Assembly (NCBI GenBank): GCA_016748015.1
Contig: JAAOMT010000664.1
Span: 1,549,892-1,613,891 of the forward strand
From: Geosiphon pyriformis uo1
Lineage: Eukaryota > Fungi > Glomeromycota
Direction: 5' to 3'
Length of the DNA stretch: 64,000 bases
Below, piece after piece: positions 52,344 to 64,000 of the stretch. Each line of letters begins with the position of its first letter. Positions within the stretch are counted from its first letter, which is position 1. A program made the translations under genes and the position numbers. Under the pieces are notes generated by a model, which was given only the letters and a program-made list of their open reading frames with translations, was not told where the DNA came from and searched no databases.

Positions 52344-53822
52344 ATGATGATTGATTCAATCTCACAACCATTAAAACAAAAAATCTCATATCATGGTCGT
52401 ATTTTCAAATCATTAAATAATAATAATAATAATAATAATAACAAAAACAACTTCTCCCAACACTTTACGAATCTTACAAAAATATCGGGAAATTTTTTGA
52501 AATTTTTTTCATCCAATTCTCACCCAAATTTACATTCTAATTCGCAAAACCTAAAAACACATCATAATTCTAATTTTGTCTCTAATCATGAACCAAAGTC
52601 AAATTTTCATCTTGTAAAAGATTTGCTAAAACAATTCACATGGGCCGAACAATCCTGGTCTCACGATCTTCAAATGCTACAAATGGTTGAAACCTGGCTC
52701 TTGCAAAACTTGCTGTCACCTCATCACCTCTTTCAAATACTTGTCACTAATCACCGATACAATACAAAGTATGCCTCTCTGATTGGGTTCTGTTACAATT
52801 GGGGTCTTGGGACAGAGATAAATGGTGAATTAGCAATACATTTTTACACAATCGCCGCACGAAAAAATGACCATTCAGCAGCAGTACAAAATGAATTAGG
52901 ATGGATGTACGAATTCGGTTTCGGCACCGAGAAAAATCCTAAACTAGCATTTCAATATTTCAGAAAATCCGCTAGACAAGGTTTACCAAACGCTCAAAAT
53001 TCTTTAGGAGAATGTTATCATTTCGGTTTGGGAACGGAGATTGATTTGGAAAAAGCCTTCTCATGGTATTCACGTGCAGCAAAATCAGAATGTGCTGATG
53101 GACAATTTCATCTAGCAGAGTGCTATCAATTGGGATTGGGTTGTAAAAGAGATTTAGATTTAGCGTTGTTTTGGTATCATCTATCTTCCAGTAGTTATAA
53201 TAAGAATGAAAGCTTGGATTATCATGGAAAAGAGCATGATTTAGAAACGAATATTTCAAATTCAATGGTGTTGAAAGGGATGCAAGGATTTACTTGGTTT
53301 ATAAGGGCTGCTAAGGCTGGCGATGCTCGTGCTCAACGTGTAGTTGGGGATTATTATCGAGGTTGGAGTTTTAATAAGCTTAATTCAGATGAAAATGATG
53401 ATTCGAACTCAATTTCGGATGGCCGATCAGAAGGACGAAATAAATCCGCAGAGTTTTTCTCATCCCGTAACTCCAAGACTGCATTCAAATGGTATGAAAA
53501 ATCCGCATCAGCCGGAAATGTTACAGCCAAAAGAAGGGTCGGTCTGTGCTATCGAAATGGGATCGGTTGTGAAGTGGATTTGAAGAAATCTTTAAAATGT
53601 TTTAAAGAAGCCGCAGAGTTAGGGTCGTGGAATGGGATGGCAGATTATGAAGTTGCTTGGTGTTACCAGTTTGGCATTGGGGTTGAGAAAGATATTCATG
53701 AGGGTATGAAGTGGTATGTTTGTTCGGCTAAAAAAGGGTATTTAAAGGGATGGATTGAGGCCAAGAAGCTTATGGCAGGACTGATGATTGGGAATGAGAG
53801 TGGGACATTTTGTCGGCGATAA
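52344..53822 (+). CDS. Intronless Sel1-like (SLR/HCP-like) repeat protein, 492 aa
   Basis: Uninterrupted ORF with normal CpG content and ~7-8 Sel1 repeats (e.g. AQNSLGECYHFGLGTEIDLEKAFSWYSRAA); Asn-rich N-terminus; no kinase domain. Confidence 0.93.
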   Translation: MMIDSISQPLKQKISYHGRIFKSLNNNNNNNNNKNNFSQHFTNLTKISGNFLKFFSSNSHPNLHSNSQNLKTHHNSNFVSNHEPKSNFHLVKDLLKQFTWAEQSWSHDLQMLQMVETWLLQNLLSPHHLFQILVTNHRYNTKYASLIGFCYNWGLGTEINGELAIHFYTIAARKNDHSAAVQNELGWMYEFGFGTEKNPKLAFQYFRKSARQGLPNAQNSLGECYHFGLGTEIDLEKAFSWYSRAAKSECADGQFHLAECYQLGLGCKRDLDLALFWYHLSSSSYNKNESLDYHGKEHDLETNISNSMVLKGMQGFTWFIRAAKAGDARAQRVVGDYYRGWSFNKLNSDENDDSNSISDGRSEGRNKSAEFFSSRNSKTAFKWYEKSASAGNVTAKRRVGLCYRNGIGCEVDLKKSLKCFKEAAELGSWNGMADYEVAWCYQFGIGVEKDIHEGMKWYVCSAKKGYLKGWIEAKKLMAGLMIGNESGTFCRR

Positions 53823-56789
53823 GTTAATTGATAATCTTAATATAATAGGTTGAATGTAAAATTGGATCATTGACCTAATTTGATTAATGTATTGTAAATA
53901 ATAATAGTAATAATAATAATAATAATTTTACATTTATCAGAAAATATATTCTTGGGCCAAGATGGTGTTCCACTTGTTTCTAATAATTCTGAATGTCGCA
54001 ATCATTCTAAAATAAAAATATATTTTGATTTATCGTTATAAAACTATTCGAAAATTTATTCATAAGAGATATTTTTTATAATAATTTATCATATATATAA
54101 AAACAAACAAACAAACAAACAATTGGGAATTAGTTAATTTATTAACAGAGAATATATGATTAAATATGCAAGTAATTATATTTTTTTAAAAGATTGATTT
54201 AGGTTGAGATTAATTTTTTAAGATGAGCTGAAGATGATTTTAAAAGCTTTAATTAATTATTTAAAATATCTTTTTTTTATTGAACAATTTTCTGGAAAAT
54301 TAATTAATTAATTAATATTATAATGATCAAATCATATTAACAGCAATTAAGATTTAATATTTGGGAGGGGAGGAGGACGGGATTAACATTAGTCTGCAAA
54401 TATTAAAAGGTTTTTATGCATTTGAAATAAATGTTTAATATATATTTATATATATTTTTTTTTTGATTGATACGTCAAAAAGGTTATCGTGAAATTATTT
54501 TTGGTTCACAATTATTTTAATGATTGTTCTTAATAAATCTAAAAAGTTGTCCCACATGATTAAATAGATGGTAAAACATTATACACAATTTGGCTAAAAG
54601 TATCTTTGGGGTATCCATAATTTAACCGTTCTTTAAGATTAAAGGTTTAAAAGTGTTTTCATATATTTTTCTTATGATTCCACCAGCCATTCTACTCGAT
54701 ATTTCAAATTCAAAAAAGGGGATATTGAAAAATATCTTACTTCACAATATTGTTTAAGTGGTCAAAAATTAAACAATGGGTCGATATTTTAGTTGATATT
54801 TTCTTTAAAATTCAATAATAGCAAAGATTGCGTAAAAACAAATAACTAATAATTAATTAATAATAAATTAATTAATTTTAAGGATTTTAATTCTCTCCCC
54901 CAACTAAATTTTTTTTATAATAAATAAAAACCTAGAAAATTCTCTTCTTCAAGACCCAGGAAAAAGTTATCTTTAAATCGCTCAAGTCTTTAAAAAAAGA
55001 TGGCCTTTTTCGATACGAATAACACTGTTAATTGGTTCTAATCCTTTGAATAAAAATTTATTTCGAAACTTTCCTTGTGGTTTAGTGATGTTGATAAAAA
55101 AATAACTAAAACCTTAGGTTTAAAAGATCTCAACCAAATAGACAAATAAATGGATAAGTATTGAGTTTCAAATGTCAATCAATCAATCCTTCCTTCCTTC
55201 CTTCTATTTTTTGTCCATGTTTTGAAAAACATGATTTTTTTTATACTGTTAACGTGATAGCCCAACCACTATCTAATACAATACAACCATTCTAGGTCCT
55301 AGGCTAAAGCGGAGTACATTTCACGTGATTTTATTACGTGATTTATTTTAATAATAGTGCTAGCACTCTAAAAACATCAAATATAAAGGCTTTATAAATA
55401 AAAACACTATAATAATAATAAATGCATTATTAAATAGTCTTTAATAAGATCTATAAACTAATGCATTTTTTATAAAAAATGTCTTAGAAATTTATTATGT
55501 AGTTGGATTTTCTCTGTAAACACTTTAAATAAAAACTAATAATAAATAGGGTAAAATTTTAATTGGTTAAATTTTACATATTGTCACATGTATTTAATAA
55601 AAAATAATGATTGACATATAATTTAATTAAGCAAAACCTTAAAAAAACTTAAATTAATAATATTATTGATTTTTTATTTTTAATATATTTTAAGAATTAC
55701 AATTAAAAATAATAATTGTTATTTTTATTTAAATACAAATTTTATTTTTTTTACTAAAATTACATTTTAAACTATTTTTAAACTAATTAAATCTTAATAC
55801 TAATTTATATAATTTAATTTTTATTAAGTATTATCTAAAACTTAATAATATAATTTTTAATTTTTAATAGCAAAAACAATATCTTTGCTTAAAAAATTTT
55901 GTTTATAAATACTTATATATTAAATAAATTAATTTTTATAATAATAAATATTAATAAGACTAACAGAATTTAATACCAATCAAACAATTATTATAAATTT
56001 ATTAAATAAATAATTATAATAAAACTATGTATAATACTTTGTTTTTTTTCCAAAATAATTCAATAAAATTAAGTTTACAATAAAACTTTGGATAAAAAAT
56101 ACATATATGTTCAATCATTTTAATAATTTTTTATAATTAGTTTTTTAAAAAAATAAAATTAAGATAATGATCAAAATTTTTTACTCATATATAATATTAA
56201 GAATTTATTAAATTAAAAACATGTAATTTAAAATACTATATTGTTTTGTTCAATTTTTTAATTATAAACCATGTTTTTTTAAAATTTATTTAATAATCTT
56301 TTGTTTTATTATGTTATTAATATTAATAAATATCAAATTGTGTTAAAATTTATTGAATATTTTGTTATTATAAAGAAACAATTGTTTATTATTATTTTTT
56401 AAACTTATTTTAAAACTATAAAAGTATTTTTAACATAAGTTTTATAATTGTAATTGTTATTAAACATAAAAAGTACAATTTTTTTTAAGTATATTTGTTT
56501 AATATTTGAAATAATTTTATTAATTATTTGGTTTATAAAATTTTAATTTGTTTATTAATTATTTGAATTAAAATTCAAATACATAATAATACAAATTTTA
56601 ATATATAAAAATTAAATATTCTTAAAAAACAAATTATTAATAGTTTTTTCTTTTTTTAAAAAACAAAAATATTTAATTAATTTACAAATAAATTTATTTA
56701 TATAAATTTTAAGTTTTTGTAATTTGTATTAAAACTGGTTTTTTTTTACTGGATTTCAAATTTTAATAATTTTGTTATTGACATAAAAA

Positions 56790-59105
56790 TTTAATTTGTC
56801 ATAAATAATAAAAAAAAAACTCTTTGTCTTCTTAATTTTATGACCACAACCAAAGCAAAAAGTAAAAAAGCTGCACCTGATATCTGTCCTGAGATATCTA
56901 ATAAAATTTCAACCAGAGAAGCTCTCTCTGTTGTAAAAGCAACTAGGCAAAACGTTTTAGAAGCCTTCTCCTTATCCAGTAATCGTGATAAGCTGTCTTT
57001 GGTAGCCACTGAAGCAACTTCTTCATCTTTGGCTGGTTTTTTACCAGTCAAAGTCCCTTCAAAGAGACATACTTGGGTTAGTCCCAGTGTTGCCTCCACC
57101 CCAACCAAGAGCCCAAAAGTTTTTAATAATAGACCAGTAAACAAGCTGGTTTTTCCCTTCATAGATTCTTCACTTGGTGCTGCTAGCACCACCTCTTCAA
57201 AAAAAATGGTCAAAAAGACCAAAAGTTCAGAAAAGTGGGGGCAGTCACTTGCCTCTGTTATTGTTACACCGAACCCCTTTGTGGTTCCCAATGAGATCTT
57301 AAATGAAATCTCCATAGCATCATCCAGCACATTATTCAAAATGGGCCAAGATCAATCACTGGCTGTGTTGCCAAATGTGGTGTTTCCCGGCAGATCATCA
57401 CTGGTTGTGGAAGCAAAACAATCTCTTCCTGTTGGGTTACCTGTTCTTGGAAATTGGGCTGATTAAATGGAAACTAATTTATCTCCTCCTCTAGTTTCTG
57501 GTGTTACTTCTGGTAGTGCTTGGGAAACTATTACTAGTTGTCAAAGGTTTGCTGGGTGGGTGGCCTCCACTCTGGTGCCTGGTGCTACTTTTAAGATCAA
57601 ATTGGCTTATGTTAAGACTGTTTTTCAGTCTGTGCATGATTTCTTGGGTGCTAAATCTGTTTCAAAAGACAATGTGAAGCTTTTCTGTGTAGAGTTTGCT
57701 TCTTAACAGTCTTTGGAAGCTGCATTTCTGGTTGAGCTTACAAGCTCTGTTCGTTTGACCACTCTTAAAATTGCCAAGTCTTTGGTGGTTTCTGAATCTG
57801 GTTCTCCTCCTGCTGCTGTTGTGCTGCATAATGTATCTTTGGGTGTGTCTGCTGCTGACGTTAAGTTGGCTCTTAGTGTATTTGGTAGTATTACTCATGT
57901 TGTGCTGAAGCCTGCTGATATTTGGCAGTATGTGGTGGTTTATTTTGAAAAGTTAGACTCTGCTGTGTCTGTCTTGAAGCATTGGTCAGTCTTGATGGGC
58001 AAGGATAGTATTAGAATCCTCCCTTTGGTGAATCAAAATGAGACTATTTTGTCTTGTGATAAGTTTAAGACCAAATTGGTTAACCTTCCCCCTGGCTGTA
58101 CCACTTTTGAAATCAGTAATATGATTTCTCAGATTGGTAGTCAAACATGTTTCATCTCTTATTCTTCTGATTCTGGTTGTTGTTTCCAGTTTGCTTTGGT
58201 TACATTTGACTTTCAAGGCAATTTGGATTCTGCTGTAGTCAAGACTGGTACTCTAAGGAAATGCCATATCTGATGGGAAACTCCTGGCTGCCAGTGCTGC
58301 TTTAGATGTCAAAAAATGGGCCATCTGGCTGTGGATTGCAAGATTTCTCCACCTTCTACTCCCAAGATTTCTAAGGTTTTCAAGTCTTATTTTGTGGGTA
58401 GTGTTTCTTATGTAAAAGCTTCTGCTTCCCTGGATTCTTCTAAGTTTCCTTCCTTGGCGGCTTCTACTTCTTCTTCTATGGTTGTTAGTGATTCCTTAGT
58501 GTCTTCCCAGTTGGCTTTTTTGGAATCTGATTTGGTCAAGCTTTCTACTTTGGTTGAGTTTATTGTTAAACCAGTTGGTTTCTTGGTCAAATTGTTTGAG
58601 CAATTTATTAATGGGGATTTGGTCTCAAGCAGTAAATTTGGCCTTAAGGTCAATGAGGTTATAGTGCATATGGGTTTTTTTAGTAAGATTGTTGGTAAGT
58701 TGGAGAGAGAAGTGGTTTCTTTAAAAAAAGAATGCTGCATGGAGGATATCAATATGTCTGGTAATTCAGAGCATCCAGTTGGTTTGGATGATGAGGTGTT
58801 TTCTAACTTGTTGTCCTTTTGGGAACATGAGCCTATTGATTTTAAAGCTGATGTCTTAAAAACAGCTGAATGGCTGGTTGGATTGGTTCCTTGTAGTGCG
58901 ATTCTGTTCTTGGTTATTCAAAAGATGTCATTTTTGGGTAAGTTTTCTTCTGATGTATCAACATAGTATAGCCTGAACTGGCTCGAGTAGCTGGTTATAT
59001 GTAGAAAATGCATGAACTACATTTAATTTAAGATCTTATGTAGTCATATTGTATTAGATAATAGTTGGGTCTTGCTTGTTAAACTCTAATAAAAAAAATA
59101 AATAA
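56790..59105 (+). mobile_element. ORF1-only non-autonomous LINE derivative (HAL1-like), best-preserved copy
   Basis: One ORF followed directly by the LINE-type 3' UTR motif and A-rich tail; no endonuclease or RT. Confidence 0.8.
56840..58966 (+). pseudogene. LINE ORF1-like protein (~708 codons, three internal stops): low-complexity N-terminus, RRM-like regions, CCHC knuckle, coiled-coil-like C-terminus
   Basis: ORFs at 56840, 57467, 57713 and 58316 share one frame; CFRCQKMGHLAVDC; WSVLMGKDSIR. Confidence 0.85.
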
Positions 59106-59929
59106 ATAATAACAAATTTAAAACTATTTAATAAAAAATATTAATGAAATAATTTAATTTATATTCTGTTTTTTATACTATAATTTAAGACTATAAATTG
59201 GTTATTTTTTTGTAAAAATTTATTTTAATATACTACTATATTTTTATGTTTATAATTATTAAATTAAATAATTTTTAAATAATTTTTATAATTTTAATTA
59301 AAATAATATAATATTAAAAATGCCAAAAATTTTAAAAATACTAATAAAAATATCAGAAATTTTAGCAATAACTTAAAAAAAAATACAAAATTATTAGAGA
59401 TTCTATATATATAGTAATAATATTAAAACAAAAAAAATATTAATTATTAATTAAATAATTTTAAAAGTTAATAAATCTACTTAAAGTAAATTTTTTTCTA
59501 ATAAATATTATCATAATTATTTATAATTAATTTATTTATTATAATTATTAAAACACATAAATTATTATTTATTTTATTAAAATTATTTATTTGTAATATT
59601 TGATTTATTAAAATAATTAATATTAATAATATTTAGTAAGAAATTTAATATTAAAATAATATTTTTTAATTATAACTATTAACAAAATATTAATTTTTTA
59701 TTTATTGTTTTTTTTTGTTTTTTTTGTTTTGTTTTATAGTTTTATTGTTTATGTTAATTAATTAAAAAAAGTACAGAATTACAATTTCAAAAATTGTTTA
59801 ATAAAAAATACAAAAATAAACATAAGATTAACTTATTAATAATTAAATTACTTATTAAAAAAGTAAAAAAAAACAAAATAAATTGGTTATTATACCAAAA
59901 AGTTAAATATTAAATGTTATTTTTTTTTT

Positions 59930-62900
59930 ATATTTATTTAATAAGTAAAATTCAAACACTGCCTAGTATAATACATTATACAAATGATTTAAACTAGATA
60001 TGAATCATGACTAGCCACTCAAGCCAATTAGGACAACACTAAACACTTATATAAACAAAGACTATATTCTCTATACCTAAGAAAAACAAACAAGATTTAT
60101 AAAATCTGAAACTCACATCTACTGCTTTAGCTATACCCAATAATTTAACCATGCTGGCCAAAAACATTAAAAAAAAACCTGATACTGGAACAAAAATAGA
60201 ACCATTATGTAGAATCAAGCCATTCTTTTCCATAAAAACACAGTGCTTGGCATGCACCAACCAGATATTTTTCCAAAATGCAAGACAAAATCTGCACACA
60301 AAATCCACAATATGTTGACTTGCAATCTTAGAATCTTTGAAAACCAAAACAGATTCACAATACTAATCATTAAAAACAAAATTCTTAGACAATGTCATGC
60401 TAACTACAACATCAGAAACACAAGTGAACAACAACTATAAAACACAAGAAGAAGAATGATGTAAACCAGAATGCACATCCCAAACAGACACATAAGTATT
60501 CAATAACCAAACATGACCAGCAGCATCAAACAGACAGAAAAGGAGATAGTTGAATACCTTAACATTACCACAGAACAAACAAACCACACTGGAATAATAC
60601 TTATTATATAATTGCTTATGTACAGCAACAAAAAGCCAATAATAGAGAGCTTTCATGAAAAACATTTAGGAACCAGCAGTTTGTTTACTAGTAAAACCAG
60701 CCACTAAGTAAAAATTATGATGTTACACCAAAGATAACCTGAACCAATTAATCTCCACACATACTATCTGCCACCATCCAAAAACCAGAACCAGTTTTCT
60801 AATATGTACAATTAACAAACTAAAAAACCTCTCAAACAAAATGTCTAAAATTGCCAGAAATTACAACACTATCAGTTTTAAGATAACTTTTACTAATCAA
60901 ATGAGACAGGTGCCAATTAGAAACAGCAGCTGCTTTGGCAAATATATTAGCATGCTTATTGTCAAAAATGCCAGAGTAACTCCTAATTTTATGCCAACTA
61001 ACATCTAAATTCTTACAACAAATAATGCTTACAATATGACAACATTCAATCCAACACCGATTTCTGAAATCCAGATAAATTGATTTCAAATCTGACTTAC
61101 ATGCATCCAAAGCAGCCTGGCTGTCCATGAACAGATCCACAAAATAAGAAGAAAGAATACACTTAAGAGCCAAAGCAATAGCTTGCAGTTCTGTCATGAT
61201 GGAAAACAACAGACCAAAAACCCATACATCCAAACCCAAATTAACATCTTCAAAAAAAACAGCTGCACCAGCCTTTACACCAAAAGTTCCCAAGCCACTC
61301 AAAGATCTATCTATATAGACAGAAAAGTGATCTGTATTAACATATAACAAATTGTCTTTGACAACATTAAACTTATAAGACTACAAAATATCTAAAGAAC
61401 TATGACCATTCAAAAGTAAAGAACTAATAAAAGGAATAGTAACACAACCAAAAAATTGAACAAAAAGTTCAAACCAAATGGGAACAGGGCCATGGGGGTC
61501 CAACTGCTTCTACCACTTAAAGATTTTCTATTCAAAAACAGCACCACTTTGATCACGCAGCTGGTCCACAAAAGCAATACCATAATGTCAAAGTGAAAAA
61601 ACACATTTAAGATAAGTTAACTTACCAAGAACAAGAGACATAAGAGTCCCACCTTAGAAATGGAAAGCACTGGCCAGAGAGTTGTCTAAGGACAAATTAT
61701 ACCCAGAAAATATGCACACTATATCCACCAAAAAGTTATTTAAAAAGTTAATATTGACATAAGCTAGAAACTGTAAAGGGTAAAATAGACACCAGCTGAG
61801 AACCTGAAGATCATGTGACTTATGAGAAAATAACTTGCTTAAAATACCAACTAAATTTACAAAAAAAACAACTGAGGCCAATTTGCTTTCAGTCTGAACT
61901 TGTTCAAATATCTTCAAACTATACAAAAAAAAATAATAGATTATGTCATTGGAGAAATTGAGTGGCAGACCAGACTTAGACTCTAAGCCTTTGCAAATGA
62001 AAACATTTCATTTATTACACACATTAATAGGAATGAGTTCTATAACTTATGATTAGATAAAAAACTGCAAACACCAAATATGCAAACTGTTTATCTAAGA
62101 TTACCTTTCTTAAAACAAAATTGACAAAAAATCAAATATTCAAATGAGCCTTAGCCATGCTAGGTTTTGACAAATCCTCAAAAAACAAAAAAATACCCAG
62201 ATAGTAGTGCAACTCTCTTTTTTTGGCAACAGAAATAGGCAAGCCACTGATAGTTAGATAAGAGTCCTTGACCCAACAGTTAATAAAAATGACTACAGTT
62301 TTGTCATTATTAATAGAAATATCATTAAACTGAAAAAATTCACTTGCAATATTGAAAAAAGCACTAGTAGCAAAAAACGAAGTCAACCTGGCCTAAGATT
62401 CTGCTCTGCCAGTTTTAAAAATAAAATAAGAATTTAATCTATAACCACACACACTTTCTTGCCTTTTATTTTACACAGGAGTAAATCATAAAATATGTGC
62501 CACAAAAGAGATGAGAAAACCTTCTCTTGATCCAATCTATTATGAACACAGTACTCACCAGTCAGGCCAAAATTTGTCATTACTTTGTTAATGCAACTAT
62601 TGTAAAGATCTCCAAAAAATTTAATAAATTTGTTACATATTTTGATTTTTGTCAAACTCCTCCTAAAATGTTTCCAACCAACAGAATTATAGGTCTTATG
62701 CATGTTCTGTAAGACTAGCCAAAGTTCTCGATTCTTCTCCAAAGCATTTTCAATAACAGAACCAATGGCAAAAATAAGAGATTGTGTCATCATATCTCTC
62801 AAAACAAAAAAGTTATCTCCATAGAGAACATCAAAAATACTGCAAGCCAAAGAAATTCTGTCAGAAAGAATTTTAGAAAGAATCTTGTGGGCTGTTTTAA

Positions 62901-64000
62901 TCAGAGCAATAGGATGAGTATTTGTAAAAACATCCTTCTATTCATAAGGTTTGGGAATCATTGAAACCCAAGCTTTTTTTTAAGGCTTAGGCACTAATTT
63001 ACAAGTTAAACAAAAGTTCAAAAACACCAACAGCATATCTAACACCAACTTGTCATAATGTTTCCACAACTTATTCAGGATGCCAAAAAGATCAGCAGCT
63101 TTCCTATTTGGCAGATTCAAGACCACAGCAAACATTTTATCAAACCCAATTAGACACATTATATCAGAAAAAGCACTATTAAAAACATAATCTAAAGGCT
63201 GATATTGGTGAAACCAATTATTAAAAATGTCAGATACCACTTTACACTTTCTAGTCCATCTCTTCATGATCATATCTACTTTAGATTTAACCAAATCTGG
63301 ATCCAGTACCAACTCATTATCTACAATCAAATAATCCAGCATTATCTTATAAAAAGAATGTTCTAAAACACTCTTAATGATGTGACCCTTATCCAACTGA
63401 AAATTTTTTATTCTTTTATTAATAGCTGTCTTGATGCAAGACTTCTTTATATGCTTGGACTCCAATATTTTAGAAGAGCAGTAAGACTTCCTTGCTTTAG
63501 CTTGAGCTGAGCAAATTATGTCAAAATTAGACTCTGAAAGAAATAAAAATTTTACTACCAATGCGCCAACTACATTAAGTCTAATTCATGCATTCAACAG
63601 TACTACAAAGTCTCCACTAGAAACCAAATGGGAAGTCTTAACCAATCTGAATACCAACAACTCCTTGGTGAAAATCTTATTATAATCTTTAGACCATTTT
63701 TTTTTGAATATCTCATTAGCCAAAAGAGTCATTGTTTTGTAAACAACATCCCACATTGCATTCAAATCTGAAAACTTTACAGAGACTGCAAACTTGCTAA
63801 AGAATATTGCTGTATTGGCCACTGTAGTGTCTTTAAAATTGTTTTATTTTGTATTATTAGCACCCTTAAAATTAAATTTCCAACAGTTCCTATTAGCTTG
63901 CTTGTGAATAGAGTTCAATTGCACATCCAAAAGCCCACCCAAACTCACAGACACAAAAATTGCTTGGTGATCAATGTCAAAATATTCATTAACATCCATA
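59930..64000 (-). mobile_element. LINE ORF2 (end of APE, RT, RNase H, Cys motif) with 3' UTR; continues beyond the right edge
   Basis: RELWLVLQNMHKTYNSVGW, LDQEKVFSSLLWHIFYDLLL, RNase H VYIDRSL...ELQAIALAL...FMDSQAAL, CLFCGNVK; 3' UTR motif at ~60005-60035. Confidence 0.92.

Noticed and set aside
55354-55367. Palindrome AGTGCTAGCACT as a Helitron or TIR terminus
   Set aside because: No partner end or coding remnant found.
56791-57339. Minus-strand ORFs over the ORF1-like gene (also 57662-57898, 57986-58216, 58408-58752)
   Set aside because: Antisense to a recognisable coding frame; no motifs.

Overview
Very AT-rich, CpG-depleted eukaryotic DNA, almost entirely nested retroelements around one intact host gene. 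The element families and the Sel1-repeat gene resemble Glomeromycotina (arbuscular mycorrhizal fungi or Geosiphon-like); that placement is inference. Contents: four dUTPase-carrying Ty3/Gypsy elements (A 173-9994 inserted in the RT of B; B 1-15591 running off the left edge; C 26287-37106; D 38126-47683), a solo LTR inside C, three RNase H-type LINE copies, three copies of an ORF1-only LINE derivative, a transposase-like pseudogene, and an intronless Sel1-repeat gene (52344-53822) in a CpG-retaining island. Two main candidate novelties. (1) The Gypsy architecture: one long gag-PR-Zn-cluster-dUTPase-RT-RNase H frame, then a separate integrase ORF, then a conserved non-env third ORF. (2) A ~2.2 kb ORF1-only (HAL1-like) family that shares a 3' stem-loop with the autonomous LINE and lies tail-to-tail with it. 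Repeats also show C>T/G>A hypermutation beyond CpG, which spares TTCGG motifs in the LTR U3 region. Coordinates were read by eye and are approximate in decayed regions.
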